From Wigglesworthia glossinidia endosymbiont of Glossina morsitans morsitans (Yale colony) (GTDB taxonomy: Bacteria; Pseudomonadota; Gammaproteobacteria; Enterobacterales; Enterobacteriaceae), in contig NC_016893.1 of the NCBI RefSeq assembly GCF_000247565.1, positions 300,001 through 332,000 of the forward strand: 32,000 nucleotides of DNA. Reading direction: 5' to 3'. The position numbers and the translations under genes are program-made. The notes beneath the pieces were generated by a model. That model did not search any database and was not told where the DNA came from. It saw only the letters and a list, made by a program, of their open reading frames with translations. Shown here piece after piece: positions 1 to 10,045 of the stretch. Each line of letters starts with the position of its first letter. Positions within the stretch are counted from its first letter, which is position 1.

Positions 1-2326
1 TACTTTTTGTTGTCTTTCCAAATTTTTTTTGAAAACTTTGCCAAATTTCTTCAGTAATAAATGGAACAAAAGGATGTAATATTTTTAATAAATTTTTTAA
101 TATAGTGAGTAAAGTATAATATGTACTCTCTAAATATAAAATAATTTTTTCTTTAAAAATCATTTTACTAATTTCTAAATACCAATCACAAAATTGATGC
201 CATATAAATTGATATAAATTATTTGCAGACAAATCAAATCTGAAATTATCTAAATATTTTATATGTAATTCTAAAATTTTATTATATTTATAAAATATCC
301 AATTGTCTAAAGGAGAAAAATAAATTTTATTTTTATCAAAATTTATTTTTTTATTTTCTGTATTTATAAATATGAACCGACTAGCATGCCATAATTTATT
401 GCAAAAATTTTTGCATCCTATTATTTGATTAATTTTAACATTAATATTTCTAGTATTTGCAGCAATAAAAGCCATACTAAAACGCAATGCATCTGCTCCG
501 CATGCTTGGATCCCATTTGGAAATTCTTTTTTTGTAGAATTTTCAATTTCTTTTTTTAAATTTAAATCGTATATATTTTGTGTTCTTTTTTGTAATAATT
601 CGTAAAGCGAAATTCCGTCGATTATATCTATAGGATCAATAACATTTCCTTCAGATTTTGACATCTTTTTTCCGTACTGATCCCTAATAAGTCCAGTAAT
701 ATAAATTTTATTAAACGGGATATGAGATTTTCCAGATGAATCTTTTACTATATACATAGTTAACATAATCATACGAGCAATCCAAAAATAAATAATATCA
801 AAGCCACTAACTATTATATTTGTAGGATGAAACATATTAAAATATAAAGATTTTTCAGGCCATCCCAATGATACAAAACTCCATACTGCAGAAGAAAACC
901 ATGTATCTAATACGTCTTCGTCTTGTACAAGTTTGATATCTGTTTTTATTTTAAATTTTTTTCTTATTTCAGATTCGTTGTTTCCTGCATATGGAACTTG
1001 GTTGTTGTCGTACCAAATTGGAATTTGATGACCCCACCATATTTGACGAGATATGCACCAATCTTCAATATTATTCATCCAGCTAAAATATAAATTTTCG
1101 TATTGCTTTGGTATAAATTCAATTTTACCGTCTTTAACGGCTTTCATGGCAGTTTTTGCTAAAGATTTCACTTTTAAATACCACTGATGTGTTATCATGG
1201 GTTCTAAAATAACATTACTGCGATCTCCTACTGGAAATTTAATTTTTTTCAACTGCACTTTAGTGATATATCCTAATTCTTTTAATTTTTTTATAACTAG
1301 TATACGCAATTTATTTTTTTCTATATTATGAAATTCTTCTGGAATATTAATTTTAGAATTTTTAATTATTTTACCTTGATAATCAAATACCTCCGGTAAT
1401 TCACGCAGATTACCAGAAAATGTAAAAATATTTATCATGTTTAATTTATGTTTTTTACATATATTAAAATCATTAAAATCATGTGCAGGAGTAATCTTTA
1501 AGCAACCAGTACCAAGTTCCATATTAACATGAGAGTCTTCTATTATAGGAACAGTACGATTTAACAACGGTACAATAACACATTTTCCAATTAAATTTTG
1601 ATATCGAGTATCTTCGGGGTTTACTGCAACAGCGACATCGCCAAAAATAGTTTCTGGTCGAGTAGTAGCGACTTCTAAAAAGTTTAGTCCTTCTTTTGTT
1701 TTTAAATGATTATCTATTTTATATTTTAAGTGCCACATTTTTGAGTTTTTTTCATAATGTTTGACCTCTAAATCTGATATAACAGTATTTAGTTTTGTAT
1801 CCCAATATATTAAACGATTCTTTCTATATATTAATTTTTTTTCATATAATCTTAAAAAGATATTACGAATAGATTTTGATGCCTGTTCATCCATTGTAAA
1901 TCTTAACAAATCAAAATCTGCAGTACATCCTAATCGTTTAATTTGTTTAATAATTAATTTTTCTGCTATTTTTTTCCATTTCCAGGCTTTTCGGAGAAAT
2001 TCTGTTTTTCCGCAATCAAAACGTGTTTTACGTGCTTGGTATTTTAATTGGTTTTCTAAAATACTTTGTGTAGCAATTCCTGCATGATCAATACCTAATT
2101 GTAATAATGTGTTTTTTCCTTTCATACGATGATATCTAATTAAAATATCAATAATACTTTGCTGAAAAGCATGACCTATATGCAAGCCTCCAGTGATATT
2201 AGGCGGAGGTAGAATAATACAAAAGTTTTTTTTGTTTAAGTTAACATAAGTTTTAAAACATTGATTTTTTTCCCAAATTTGATATGAATTTGACTCGACA
2301 TTTTTTGGATGATAATTTTTCTTCAT
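1..2326 (-). CDS. valS: Valyl-tRNA synthetase, N-terminal ~775 codons; the 3' end lies beyond the window start
   Basis: ATG at 2326..2324. My minus-strand translation begins MKKNYHPKNVESNSYQIWEK, then ...ILPPPNITGGLHIGHAF (HIGH motif), and later contains KMSKS, ATTRPET and WCISRQIWWGH. It is collinear with E. coli ValS. It is absent from the ORF track only because it runs off the edge. No internal stop is implied, since no shorter minus-strand ORF is listed here. Confidence 0.93.
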   Translation of the reverse strand, partial: MKKNYHPKNVESNSYQIWEKNQCFKTYVNLNKKNFCIILPPPNITGGLHIGHAFQQSIIDILIRYHRMKGKNTLLQLGIDHAGIATQSILENQLKYQARKTRFDCGKTEFLRKAWKWKKIAEKLIIKQIKRLGCTADFDLLRFTMDEQASKSIRNIFLRLYEKKLIYRKNRLIYWDTKLNTVISDLEVKHYEKNSKMWHLKYKIDNHLKTKEGLNFLEVATTRPETIFGDVAVAVNPEDTRYQNLIGKCVIVPLLNRTVPIIEDSHVNMELGTGCLKITPAHDFNDFNICKKHKLNMINIFTFSGNLRELPEVFDYQGKIIKNSKINIPEEFHNIEKNKLRILVIKKLKELGYITKVQLKKIKFPVGDRSNVILEPMITHQWYLKVKSLAKTAMKAVKDGKIEFIPKQYENLYFSWMNNIEDWCISRQIWWGHQIPIWYDNNQVPYAGNNESEIRKKFKIKTDIKLVQDEDVLDTWFSSAVWSFVSLGWPEKSLYFNMFHPTNIIVSGFDIIYFWIARMIMLTMYIVKDSSGKSHIPFNKIYITGLIRDQYGKKMSKSEGNVIDPIDIIDGISLYELLQKRTQNIYDLNLKKEIENSTKKEFPNGIQACGADALRFSMAFIAANTRNINVKINQIIGCKNFCNKLWHASRFIFINTENKKINFDKNKIYFSPLDNWIFYKYNKILELHIKYLDNFRFDLSANNLYQFIWHQFCDWYLEISKMIFKEKIILYLESTYYTLLTILKNLLKILHPFVPFITEEIWQSFQKKFGKTTKS

Positions 2327-2490
2327 AATAAATTTTAATTTTGAATAAAAACTGTTTGATAATTAAATTTTGGAAGTTTAAATTTTTGTGTATTTTCAGT
2401 ATTAAATAAAGTTTAAATGATTTTTTTAATATATTAAATTGTATATTTGTATAAAATTTTACTATACAGCTATTATATAATTTAAGTTAA

Positions 2491-4014
2491 TTATTTAGCA
2501 TTTAAATCTTCATCAAATTTTTGATTCATATGATCTATTAAAAATTGTGTTAATAATGCTACTGGTCTTCCGGTAGCCGAATTATTTTTACCTGATGTCC
2601 AAGCTGTTCCGGCTATATCTAAATGCGCCCATCTATATTCTTCTGCAAATTCTTGTAAAAAGCATCCAGCAGTAATAGCGCCTCCATCATTTCCATTTAC
2701 ATTTGATATATCAGCAAATTTTGATTTTAATTGATATGCAAATTTTTTATGCAAAGGTAATCTCCAAACTAAATCATATGTAATTTTTGAAGCATCTAAT
2801 ATTTTTTGACATAATTTATCACAATTTGACATTAATCCAGTATAATGATGTCCTAAAGCAACAACACATGCTCCGGTAAGTGTAGCAATATCAATTACTA
2901 ATTGAGGATTGAATTTTTTTACATAAGAAAGTACATCGCATAATACTAATCTGCCTTCTGCGTCTGTATTAAGAATTTCTACCGTTTTTCCTGATAATGT
3001 TTGAACGATATCTCCAGGACGACACGCAAATGCATCTGGCATATTTTCGCAGCACGCCAATATTCCAATAATATTTAAGTTTAAATTTAATTTCAATACT
3101 GCGTGCATTGTTCCCAGTACTGCTCCTGCTCCACACATATCATATTTCATTTCGTCCATTTTGCGTGATGGTTTAAGTGAAATTCCTCCAGAATCAAATG
3201 TTAATCCTTTTCCAATTAAAACTATAGGATTTTCGTTAGGTTTATTACTACCATGATATTTGATAACTGCAATATAAGGTGCTTTTTTTGAACCTTGACT
3301 AACAGATAAATATGCATGCATTCCAATTTTTTGCATTTCTTGCTGATCGATTATTTCTATTAAAATTTTCTTAGAATTTGTATCTTGTAGTTTATATGAT
3401 TGATGTGATAAATAATATGGATCGCAAATGTTCGGCGGGGTATTGCTTAAATCTTTAGCGATTTTCACTCCTAATGCAATAGATTGACCGTGCTGAATAG
3501 CTAACTGTGCTTGCTTAATTTCGTTTCGATAGGGAATATAAAAAAGCACTTCATTCAAATATATTTTTGGTATTTTTGTATGTTTTTTAAAATTATTTAA
3601 GGTATATAGCTCTGTTTGTATTATTTCTATTGTTTGTCTAATTTTCCAATAGATGTTTAGATTGCTAATATTTAATGAAGATAAAAATAATATAATTTTT
3701 TCATATTTTATCAATTTAATATATTTAATGATAGCTTGTATGATTTTTTGATATTTATCGATATTTATATTTTTTGATTTTCCGCATCCAACAGTTAATA
3801 TAGCGTTTTGAGGATGTGTAAAATTCTGTACTAAAATGCAAGAACCTAGATGTGACGATATTTTTTTATTTTTTATAAAATTTAAAATATCATTTTTATT
3901 AATTTGTGTTATATACTGAAGCGATTTAGGTTCATTTATTTTGTCAAAAATTTCTAAAATACAAATCATGTTACTGGTAAAATTTGTATTATTTTTTAAA
4001 ATACTAAATTGCAT
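2491..4014 (-). CDS. pepA: Leucyl (cytosol) aminopeptidase A, M17 family
   Basis: 507 aa, collinear with E. coli PepA (503 aa). Conserved blocks: VLIGKGLTFDSGGISLKP, MDEMKYDMCGAGAV, NTDAEGRLVLCD, WAHLDIAGTAW, ATGRPVALLTQFL. Sits next to valS and divergent from lptF, as in E. coli. Confidence 0.95.
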   Translation of the reverse strand: MQFSILKNNTNFTSNMICILEIFDKINEPKSLQYITQINKNDILNFIKNKKISSHLGSCILVQNFTHPQNAILTVGCGKSKNINIDKYQKIIQAIIKYIKLIKYEKIILFLSSLNISNLNIYWKIRQTIEIIQTELYTLNNFKKHTKIPKIYLNEVLFYIPYRNEIKQAQLAIQHGQSIALGVKIAKDLSNTPPNICDPYYLSHQSYKLQDTNSKKILIEIIDQQEMQKIGMHAYLSVSQGSKKAPYIAVIKYHGSNKPNENPIVLIGKGLTFDSGGISLKPSRKMDEMKYDMCGAGAVLGTMHAVLKLNLNLNIIGILACCENMPDAFACRPGDIVQTLSGKTVEILNTDAEGRLVLCDVLSYVKKFNPQLVIDIATLTGACVVALGHHYTGLMSNCDKLCQKILDASKITYDLVWRLPLHKKFAYQLKSKFADISNVNGNDGGAITAGCFLQEFAEEYRWAHLDIAGTAWTSGKNNSATGRPVALLTQFLIDHMNQKFDEDLNAK

Positions 4015-4192
4015 AAGAATTCCTGTTAAATAAAATTTGTATTTTAGTTTATAAAATTTTATTTCATTTTACTATTAGTAATAGTAATGATTTATTGTAA
4101 ATAATAAAAATTTTTAAAACCATAAAATAATAATATTAAATTTATTTCTTATTATACATTAAGTAAAAAATTTTTGAAACTAATTATAAATC

Positions 4193-5266
4193 GTGATTAT
4201 TTTAAAATATTTAACTAAAAAAATACTAAAATTTCAGATATTAATTTTGTTAATTTTATTTTTTGTATTTTTATCTCAAAAATTAGTTCGTGTTTTATCT
4301 GTTTCTATAGAATATTCTATTCCTAAAAAATTAATATTTTCTTTACTTTTTTTTAGTATTCCAGAAATACTAAAACTAGTACTACCTTTAAGTTTATTTT
4401 TAGGTATTTTTTTTGCTTTGCAATCTTTGCAAGAAAATAACGAAATTGTTGCTATACAGACTTGTGGTATAGGATATATAATTTTTTTTAAAATTACGTT
4501 ATTTTTTAATTTTTTAGTTATGTCATTTTCTTGGATAAATGCAATGTGGATATCACCATTAGCGTTTAATTATAAAAATAAAATATTAACAAATAATCGA
4601 TTTAATTCAAATTTACTTGCTTTCAGTCCAGGACAATTCAATATTATGCAAAATAATAATTTTATATTTTTTTTTCAAAAAATAGAAAATGAGAATTTAA
4701 ACAACATATTGATTGTAAAATTTTGGAATCAAAAAGAAGCTTTTTGTCCGATAATATTAACTGCAAAATCGGGAAAAATTTATAAGAAAAAAACAAATAT
4801 TAAATATTATATAACTTTAAATAATGGACAATATTTTTATGCTAATTTGCAATCAAATGATTTTTGGATAACATCTTTTAAGAAATATTATCTAGAAATA
4901 ACAAAAAATATTCCTAACATGCATATAGAAAATCCAGAAAATTTATTATTACAAAATTTATGGAAATTAGATAATTTAGAGTCAAAAATAGAATTACATT
5001 GGAGATTTACAATTGTATTTGTAGTTTTTATTATGTCAATTCTAGCAAATATTTTAGGAATTTATACAACACAAAAAAATAAATTTTTTAATTTATTTAT
5101 CGGTTTATTATTTTATTTAACATTTTTTTTTATACAAACATTTATTTATACTAATTATCAATTGTTGCAAAAATATTCAGTATTATGTATGTGGATAATA
5201 AACGTTTTTTATATTTTTTTTATATTTGTTTTTGCACAATATAAAAAAAATTTTTTTTATAAGTAA
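4193..5266 (+). CDS. lptF: LPS export ABC transporter permease LptF (YjgP)
   Basis: 357 aa with a GTG start. The N-terminus MIILKYLTKKILKFQ...QKLVRVL matches E. coli LptF MIIIRYLVRETLKSQ...QKLVRIL. Polytopic and hydrophobic. The lptF-lptG tandem is divergent from pepA, as in E. coli. Confidence 0.9.
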   Translation: MIILKYLTKKILKFQILILLILFFVFLSQKLVRVLSVSIEYSIPKKLIFSLLFFSIPEILKLVLPLSLFLGIFFALQSLQENNEIVAIQTCGIGYIIFFKITLFFNFLVMSFSWINAMWISPLAFNYKNKILTNNRFNSNLLAFSPGQFNIMQNNNFIFFFQKIENENLNNILIVKFWNQKEAFCPIILTAKSGKIYKKKTNIKYYITLNNGQYFYANLQSNDFWITSFKKYYLEITKNIPNMHIENPENLLLQNLWKLDNLESKIELHWRFTIVFVVFIMSILANILGIYTTQKNKFFNLFIGLLFYLTFFFIQTFIYTNYQLLQKYSVLCMWIINVFYIFFIFVFAQYKKNFFYK

Positions 5267-5277
5267 AGCAATAGTTT

Positions 5278-6348
5278 ATGTTTAAAATACTAGATCGATA
5301 TATTTTTTATTTATTTTTTAAAACAACTTTTTCTACATTATGTATGCTAGTATCTTTTTCTAGCATTGTAAAATTTATAGATAGAATACGTCAAATACAA
5401 AATTTTAGTTTATCTTTGTTAGATATAGCATATCTAACAATTTTATCTCTTCCAAAAGAAATTGAAGAGTTATTTCCAATAGTGATCCTAATTAGCACTT
5501 TATGGAGTATAGGGATATTAGAAATTAACAAAGAGACTATAGCTATTGAGTTATCTGGAATTAGTCGTACTCAAATTTCAGCTTCAATATTAAAATCGAT
5601 ATTCGTATTTCTTTTGATTTATATTTTTATTATTGAATGGATCATTCCTAAAAATCAAAAAATAGAATATTATTATCTTTATTCTAAAAATAAAAATTCT
5701 CAAATTTTGAAAAGAAATAATTTATGGATAAAAAATAAAAATCATTTTATATTTATATATGACACTTTATATTTCGATAGTTTATCAAAAATTAACATTT
5801 ATACACTTAATTCAAATAACCAAATAGAAGAGATATATTATATTAATCATGCTTTTTATAAAGATAAAAAATGGATATTATATAAAGTCAAAAAAATTAA
5901 AATATTTGAAAATAAAATTATAGAATCTAAGAAGTTTGATAAAATTTTTTGGAATACAGATTTAGTTCCTAAAACGATACAATCTATCGCTTTTCCTCCA
6001 GAAACACTTTCTATTATTAATTTATACAATTACATTTACTATTTAAAAAATAATGCTCAAGTATATAAAAAATATCAAATAATCTTTTGGAATAAATTAT
6101 TTTCACCATTATTTATTTTTATTATAATGCTTACTATTTTACGAATAGTGTTCGGAAAGCTATATTATTATAATATAAAAATAAAAATTTTGTTTGGAAT
6201 TAGTTTAGGATTTATTTTTTATTTTTTAAATAACATTTGCAATTCAATTACTATTATATATCCTATTCCTACAAGCTTAGGAGTCTTTATTCCAGCATTT
6301 ATATTAATTGGAATAAATTTGATAATTAAAAAAAAAATACATGTATAG
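5278..6348 (+). CDS. lptG: LPS export ABC transporter permease LptG (YjgQ)
   Basis: 356 aa. ILDRYIF...LVSFSSIVKFID matches E. coli LptG VLDRYIG...LVSLSGIIKFVD. Lies directly downstream of lptF (11-nt spacer). Confidence 0.9.
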   Translation: MFKILDRYIFYLFFKTTFSTLCMLVSFSSIVKFIDRIRQIQNFSLSLLDIAYLTILSLPKEIEELFPIVILISTLWSIGILEINKETIAIELSGISRTQISASILKSIFVFLLIYIFIIEWIIPKNQKIEYYYLYSKNKNSQILKRNNLWIKNKNHFIFIYDTLYFDSLSKINIYTLNSNNQIEEIYYINHAFYKDKKWILYKVKKIKIFENKIIESKKFDKIFWNTDLVPKTIQSIAFPPETLSIINLYNYIYYLKNNAQVYKKYQIIFWNKLFSPLFIFIIMLTILRIVFGKLYYYNIKIKILFGISLGFIFYFLNNICNSITIIYPIPTSLGVFIPAFILIGINLIIKKKIHV

Positions 6349-6353
6349 TATTA

Positions 6354-7034
6354 TTATTTTATTCTTTTAAAAAAGATATACTTATCTAAATTTAATTGCA
6401 TATTTTCTTTACTTAAGAATGGAATATTTCCAATCATCGGAGCATTTATTTTTTTTTTAAAAAATTGAACATATTTGTATTTAAACGGCATATTCTTGTC
6501 ACAATTGTTAATAATCCATCCTGCAAGTGGAACTTTTGCATTATTTATTGCTTCTACAGTTAGAAGCGCATGATTAATACAACCTAGTTTCATGCCAATA
6601 ACTAAAATGACAGGTATTTTTTCTGACTTAACCCATTGACTGTATAACAAATTGACATTGATTGGCACATACCAACCTCCGGCACCTTCGATAATTAACC
6701 AATCAGTTATACGTGTGAATTTTTTTAAACTAAAAGAAAGATCTTGTTTGCAAATTTTGCAATTTTCTTGCGCACTTGCAATATGCGGAGAAGTAGCATG
6801 AAAAAATGTAAATGGATTAATATTCGAATAAGTTACATTTACATTATTAATATTCATAAATTTTATTGCGTCATTATTACGTAATCCATATTGCGTTTTT
6901 TTACATCCTGAGGCTATTAATTTACATCCTATAACACGTTTTCCAGAACGTATTATAGATTGTAATAGTGCACATACAGACAAAGTTTTTCCTATATTAG
7001 TATCTGTACCAGTAATAAAATAACGTTTAATCAC
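6354..7034 (-). CDS. bioD: Dethiobiotin synthetase
   Basis: 226 aa. The N-terminus MIKRYFITGTDTNIGKT matches E. coli BioD MSKRYFVTGTDTEVGKT (P-loop). Last gene of the bioBFCD operon; its start overlaps the bioC stop by 8 nt. Confidence 0.94.
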   Translation of the reverse strand: MIKRYFITGTDTNIGKTLSVCALLQSIIRSGKRVIGCKLIASGCKKTQYGLRNNDAIKFMNINNVNVTYSNINPFTFFHATSPHIASAQENCKICKQDLSFSLKKFTRITDWLIIEGAGGWYVPINVNLLYSQWVKSEKIPVILVIGMKLGCINHALLTVEAINNAKVPLAGWIINNCDKNMPFKYKYVQFFKKKINAPMIGNIPFLSKENMQLNLDKYIFFKRIK

Positions 7035-7779
7035 GATATATTACTCCATACACTACGTAATAACTTAATCGAAAACCTTGAGAAGTATATGGCCAAAATT
7101 TTTCTAAATCATTTAAATATTTTTTACCTATAAATTTTGATTTATTACGATTATGTAAATAATTAGCACCTACACCTCTAATCTCATGTAATAGTTTCTG
7201 TACGTTTTCATAATATACGCATTTTAAATTTGCACTTAATTGATGGCGATATAAAGAGCAAGCGTTAGAAATAGAAGAGAAAGAAAGAAAATTATTAATA
7301 TGCGAGTAGTCATCAATATTTTTCCATGCTTGTTGTAATTCAATTAGTGATCCCTGTGCTAATGTTGAAAGTGCTAATATTCCACCTGGTTTTAATATTC
7401 GATATGATTCAGATAATACTTGAGATATGTTTGGAGACCATTGCAATACAAGATTACTGAATACAATATCTATTGTTTGATTTAAAAAAGGCATATTTTC
7501 TATATCTCCTAATATGTACATATTAGCAGCGTGCTTTTTATATGCTTCTATCAACATATTTTTAGAAATATCTAATGCAATTACTTTATTATTATTTGAT
7601 TTCCAATATTGACTAAACCATCCTGTACCACATCCAGCGTCTAATAAATTTTTTTTTATTACGTTTCCTGTTAACTTGCACAGATGATATCCACATAATC
7701 TTTGAAAATTTGCATATTTATCGTAATTATTAGCAGCTTTATCAAAGCTATATGCTATTCTATTTTTATGAAACTGCAT
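7027..7779 (-). CDS. bioC: Malonyl-ACP O-methyltransferase BioC
   Basis: Has the SAM-methyltransferase motif LLDAGCGTGW. MQFHKNRIAYSFDKAANNYD aligns with the E. coli BioC N-terminus [21 protein letters not shown], so I place the start at ATG 7779..7777. That is 1 nt after the bioF stop. The track ORF extends to 7815, and an alternative ATG lies at 7800. Confidence 0.88.
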   Translation of the reverse strand: MQFHKNRIAYSFDKAANNYDKYANFQRLCGYHLCKLTGNVIKKNLLDAGCGTGWFSQYWKSNNNKVIALDISKNMLIEAYKKHAANMYILGDIENMPFLNQTIDIVFSNLVLQWSPNISQVLSESYRILKPGGILALSTLAQGSLIELQQAWKNIDDYSHINNFLSFSSISNACSLYRHQLSANLKCVYYENVQKLLHEIRGVGANYLHNRNKSKFIGKKYLNDLEKFWPYTSQGFRLSYYVVYGVIYRD

Positions 7780-7780
7780 A

Positions 7781-8944
7781 TTAAATAAATCTTTCTGCAT
7801 AAAATAAAGCCTCAATCAAATTATCAATATCACTTTTTTGATGCATTGCCGTAATAGTAATTCGGATGCGTCCTGTGCCTTCAGGAACACTAGGAGGAAG
7901 AATTGGATTCACCCAAAATCCTTTTTCTTGTAATTTTTTTGAAAATTTAATAGTTAGCAAATTGTCTCCAATAATTATTGGTTGAATAGCTGTATTAGAA
8001 TATTTATATGATTTTAATTTCTTTGCAGAAATTTGAAATCTTTTAATATTTTGAAATAAACGATCTCTTAAATATTGAGAGCGCTTAATTTTTTTCAAAG
8101 CTATTAAGATTGCACCAGCTTGAGCAGGCATCATGGAAGTACTATAAATTAAATTTTTGGAATATTGCAAAAAATATTCAGCCACATTTTCTTGACATAA
8201 TATTGCAGCTCCACATATACCTGCCGCTTTTCCAAAAGTAATTACTAATAGATTTGGAAAAATTTTTTTAATATATGGTGTTCCTCTGCCTTCACTACCT
8301 AATATGCCAAATCCGTGTGCATCATCTAAAACAAGGTAAATATTGCGTGATTTAGCAAGTGTTATCAATTTTTTTAAAGGCGCTTGATCACCGTCCATAC
8401 TAAATACGCCTTCAGTAAAAATTAAAGAATTATTACTAAATTCTTTTTTTTCTAATAATTGAGATAAATGATGCATATCATTATGTCGAAATCTTTTGAA
8501 CAAAATATTTTTATTTATAGAAGTTTCAATTACTGATGCATGACTTAAACGATCGACAAAAATATATTTAAATAATTTACTTAATACATATATAATTGCT
8601 TGATTAGCAGTAAATCCAGATGAAAATAAGAGTGCTCTAGGAAAATTTAACCAATCTGATAACCATTTTTCTAATTTTCTGTGTAATGGATGATATCCAA
8701 TAATATTTGCAGATCCTCCCGATCCTAAACCTTCTAAGTCTACAAAATCTTTCCAAGATTTGATAATTTCTGAATTTGATGACAAACCAAGATAACTATT
8801 ACTAGAAAAATTTAAATATTTCTTGTTTTTTATATAAATCAAACGTTTACTTCCATTATGAATTACTAATCTTTTACGATAAATATGACAATTTTTATTT
8901 TTTGATAATTGATTATTTATTTTATCATTCCAAGTATTATTCAT
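7781..8944 (-). CDS. bioF: 8-amino-7-oxononanoate synthase
   Basis: MNNTWNDKINNQL...YLNFSSNSYLGLS aligns with E. coli BioF MSWQEKINAAL...YLNFSSNDYLGLS. Also has the PLP-enzyme block TFGKA. I place the start at ATG 8944..8942, 1 nt after the bioB stop. The track ORF is extended to 8995 inside bioB. Confidence 0.9.
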   Translation of the reverse strand: MNNTWNDKINNQLSKNKNCHIYRKRLVIHNGSKRLIYIKNKKYLNFSSNSYLGLSSNSEIIKSWKDFVDLEGLGSGGSANIIGYHPLHRKLEKWLSDWLNFPRALLFSSGFTANQAIIYVLSKLFKYIFVDRLSHASVIETSINKNILFKRFRHNDMHHLSQLLEKKEFSNNSLIFTEGVFSMDGDQAPLKKLITLAKSRNIYLVLDDAHGFGILGSEGRGTPYIKKIFPNLLVITFGKAAGICGAAILCQENVAEYFLQYSKNLIYSTSMMPAQAGAILIALKKIKRSQYLRDRLFQNIKRFQISAKKLKSYKYSNTAIQPIIIGDNLLTIKFSKKLQEKGFWVNPILPPSVPEGTGRIRITITAMHQKSDIDNLIEALFYAERFI

Positions 8945-8945
8945 C

Positions 8946-9947
8946 TTATAGTGCTGCGTTATAGTACATTTGATTCGACATTTTTTCGTTAACAATATCA
9001 GAAATATTTTTTGTATTTAAATTCAATTTTTTGAATAATCGAATATCTCGATCCATACTAGGATTTGATGTAGTTAATAATTTACATCCGTAAAATACAG
9101 AATTAGCTCCAGCCATAAAACATAATGCTTGCATTTGATCATTCATATATTCTCTTCCAGCAGATAGTCGTATAAAAGAATTAGGCATCATAATTCTAGA
9201 TAAAGCTATTATTCGAATAAAATCAAAGGAACTAACTTTAGTATTATTTTCCATTGGCGTACCTTTGATTTTTACTAACATATTAATTGGTACGCTCTCA
9301 GGATGTTTAGATAAATTTGATAGTTGAACTAATAAACTAATACGATCTTTAATCGTTTCTCCTAATCCTAAAATTCCTCCAGAACATACTTTAATACCAG
9401 AATTTCTTATTTTTTCTATGGTTACTAACCGATCATTGTAACTTCGAGTAGTAACGATATTTTTATAATATTCTGGAGAAGTATCTAAGTTATGATTATA
9501 AAAATCTAATCCAGCATTTGCTAATCTATTTACTTGATGATCATTTAACATTCCGAGCGTCATACAAGTTTCTAATCCTAAATCTTTTACATGTTTAATC
9601 ATAGATTCTAATAAAGGCATGTCTCGGTCTTTTGGATTTTTCCATGCTGCTCCCATACAAAATCGAGTAGCACCTGTTTTTTTTGCTTTTTTTGCAGCAT
9701 TAATTACTTTATCTAAATTTATCAATTTTTCATTAGATAACCCAGTATTATATTTTGCACTTTGTGAACAATATTTACAATCTTCGGGACATAAACCAGT
9801 TTTAATAGATAAAAGAACGCTGACTTGCATATAATTAGGTTTAAAATTTCTTCTATGTGTCTTTTGAGCTTTAAACATTAAATCAAAGAATGGTTGATGA
9901 AATATTTTTGTAGCAGTTTTTATATTCCATTTTTTTTTGTTATTCAT
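8946..9947 (-). CDS. bioB: Biotin synthase (radical SAM)
   Basis: 333 aa. Has the radical-SAM motif [11 protein letters not shown], plus [22 protein letters not shown] and GETIKDR. The C-terminus YYNAAL matches the E. coli BioC-terminal ...YYNAAAL of BioB. Collinear with E. coli BioB throughout. Confidence 0.96.
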   Translation of the reverse strand: MNNKKKWNIKTATKIFHQPFFDLMFKAQKTHRRNFKPNYMQVSVLLSIKTGLCPEDCKYCSQSAKYNTGLSNEKLINLDKVINAAKKAKKTGATRFCMGAAWKNPKDRDMPLLESMIKHVKDLGLETCMTLGMLNDHQVNRLANAGLDFYNHNLDTSPEYYKNIVTTRSYNDRLVTIEKIRNSGIKVCSGGILGLGETIKDRISLLVQLSNLSKHPESVPINMLVKIKGTPMENNTKVSSFDFIRIIALSRIMMPNSFIRLSAGREYMNDQMQALCFMAGANSVFYGCKLLTTSNPSMDRDIRLFKKLNLNTKNISDIVNEKMSNQMYYNAAL

Positions 9948-10045
9948 AAATCTTATTAAAACAATTTTATTATAATCCTAATAAGTGTATAGTATAATAC
10001 TATATTGTCAAATATATTTATTTTAAATTTAATAAGGAATATTAT

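Noticed and set aside
1761-2087. 108-aa plus-strand ORF
   Set aside because: It is antisense to highly conserved valS coding sequence. This is a typical shadow ORF in AT-rich DNA.
7780-8995. 5' extensions of the bioC (to 7815) and bioF (to 8995) ORFs, which would give 35-nt and 50-nt overlaps with the upstream genes
   Set aside because: Alignment with the E. coli BioC and BioF N-termini places the starts at internal ATGs (7779 and 8944). Each of these lies 1 nt after the preceding stop codon. The extensions have no homologous counterpart.
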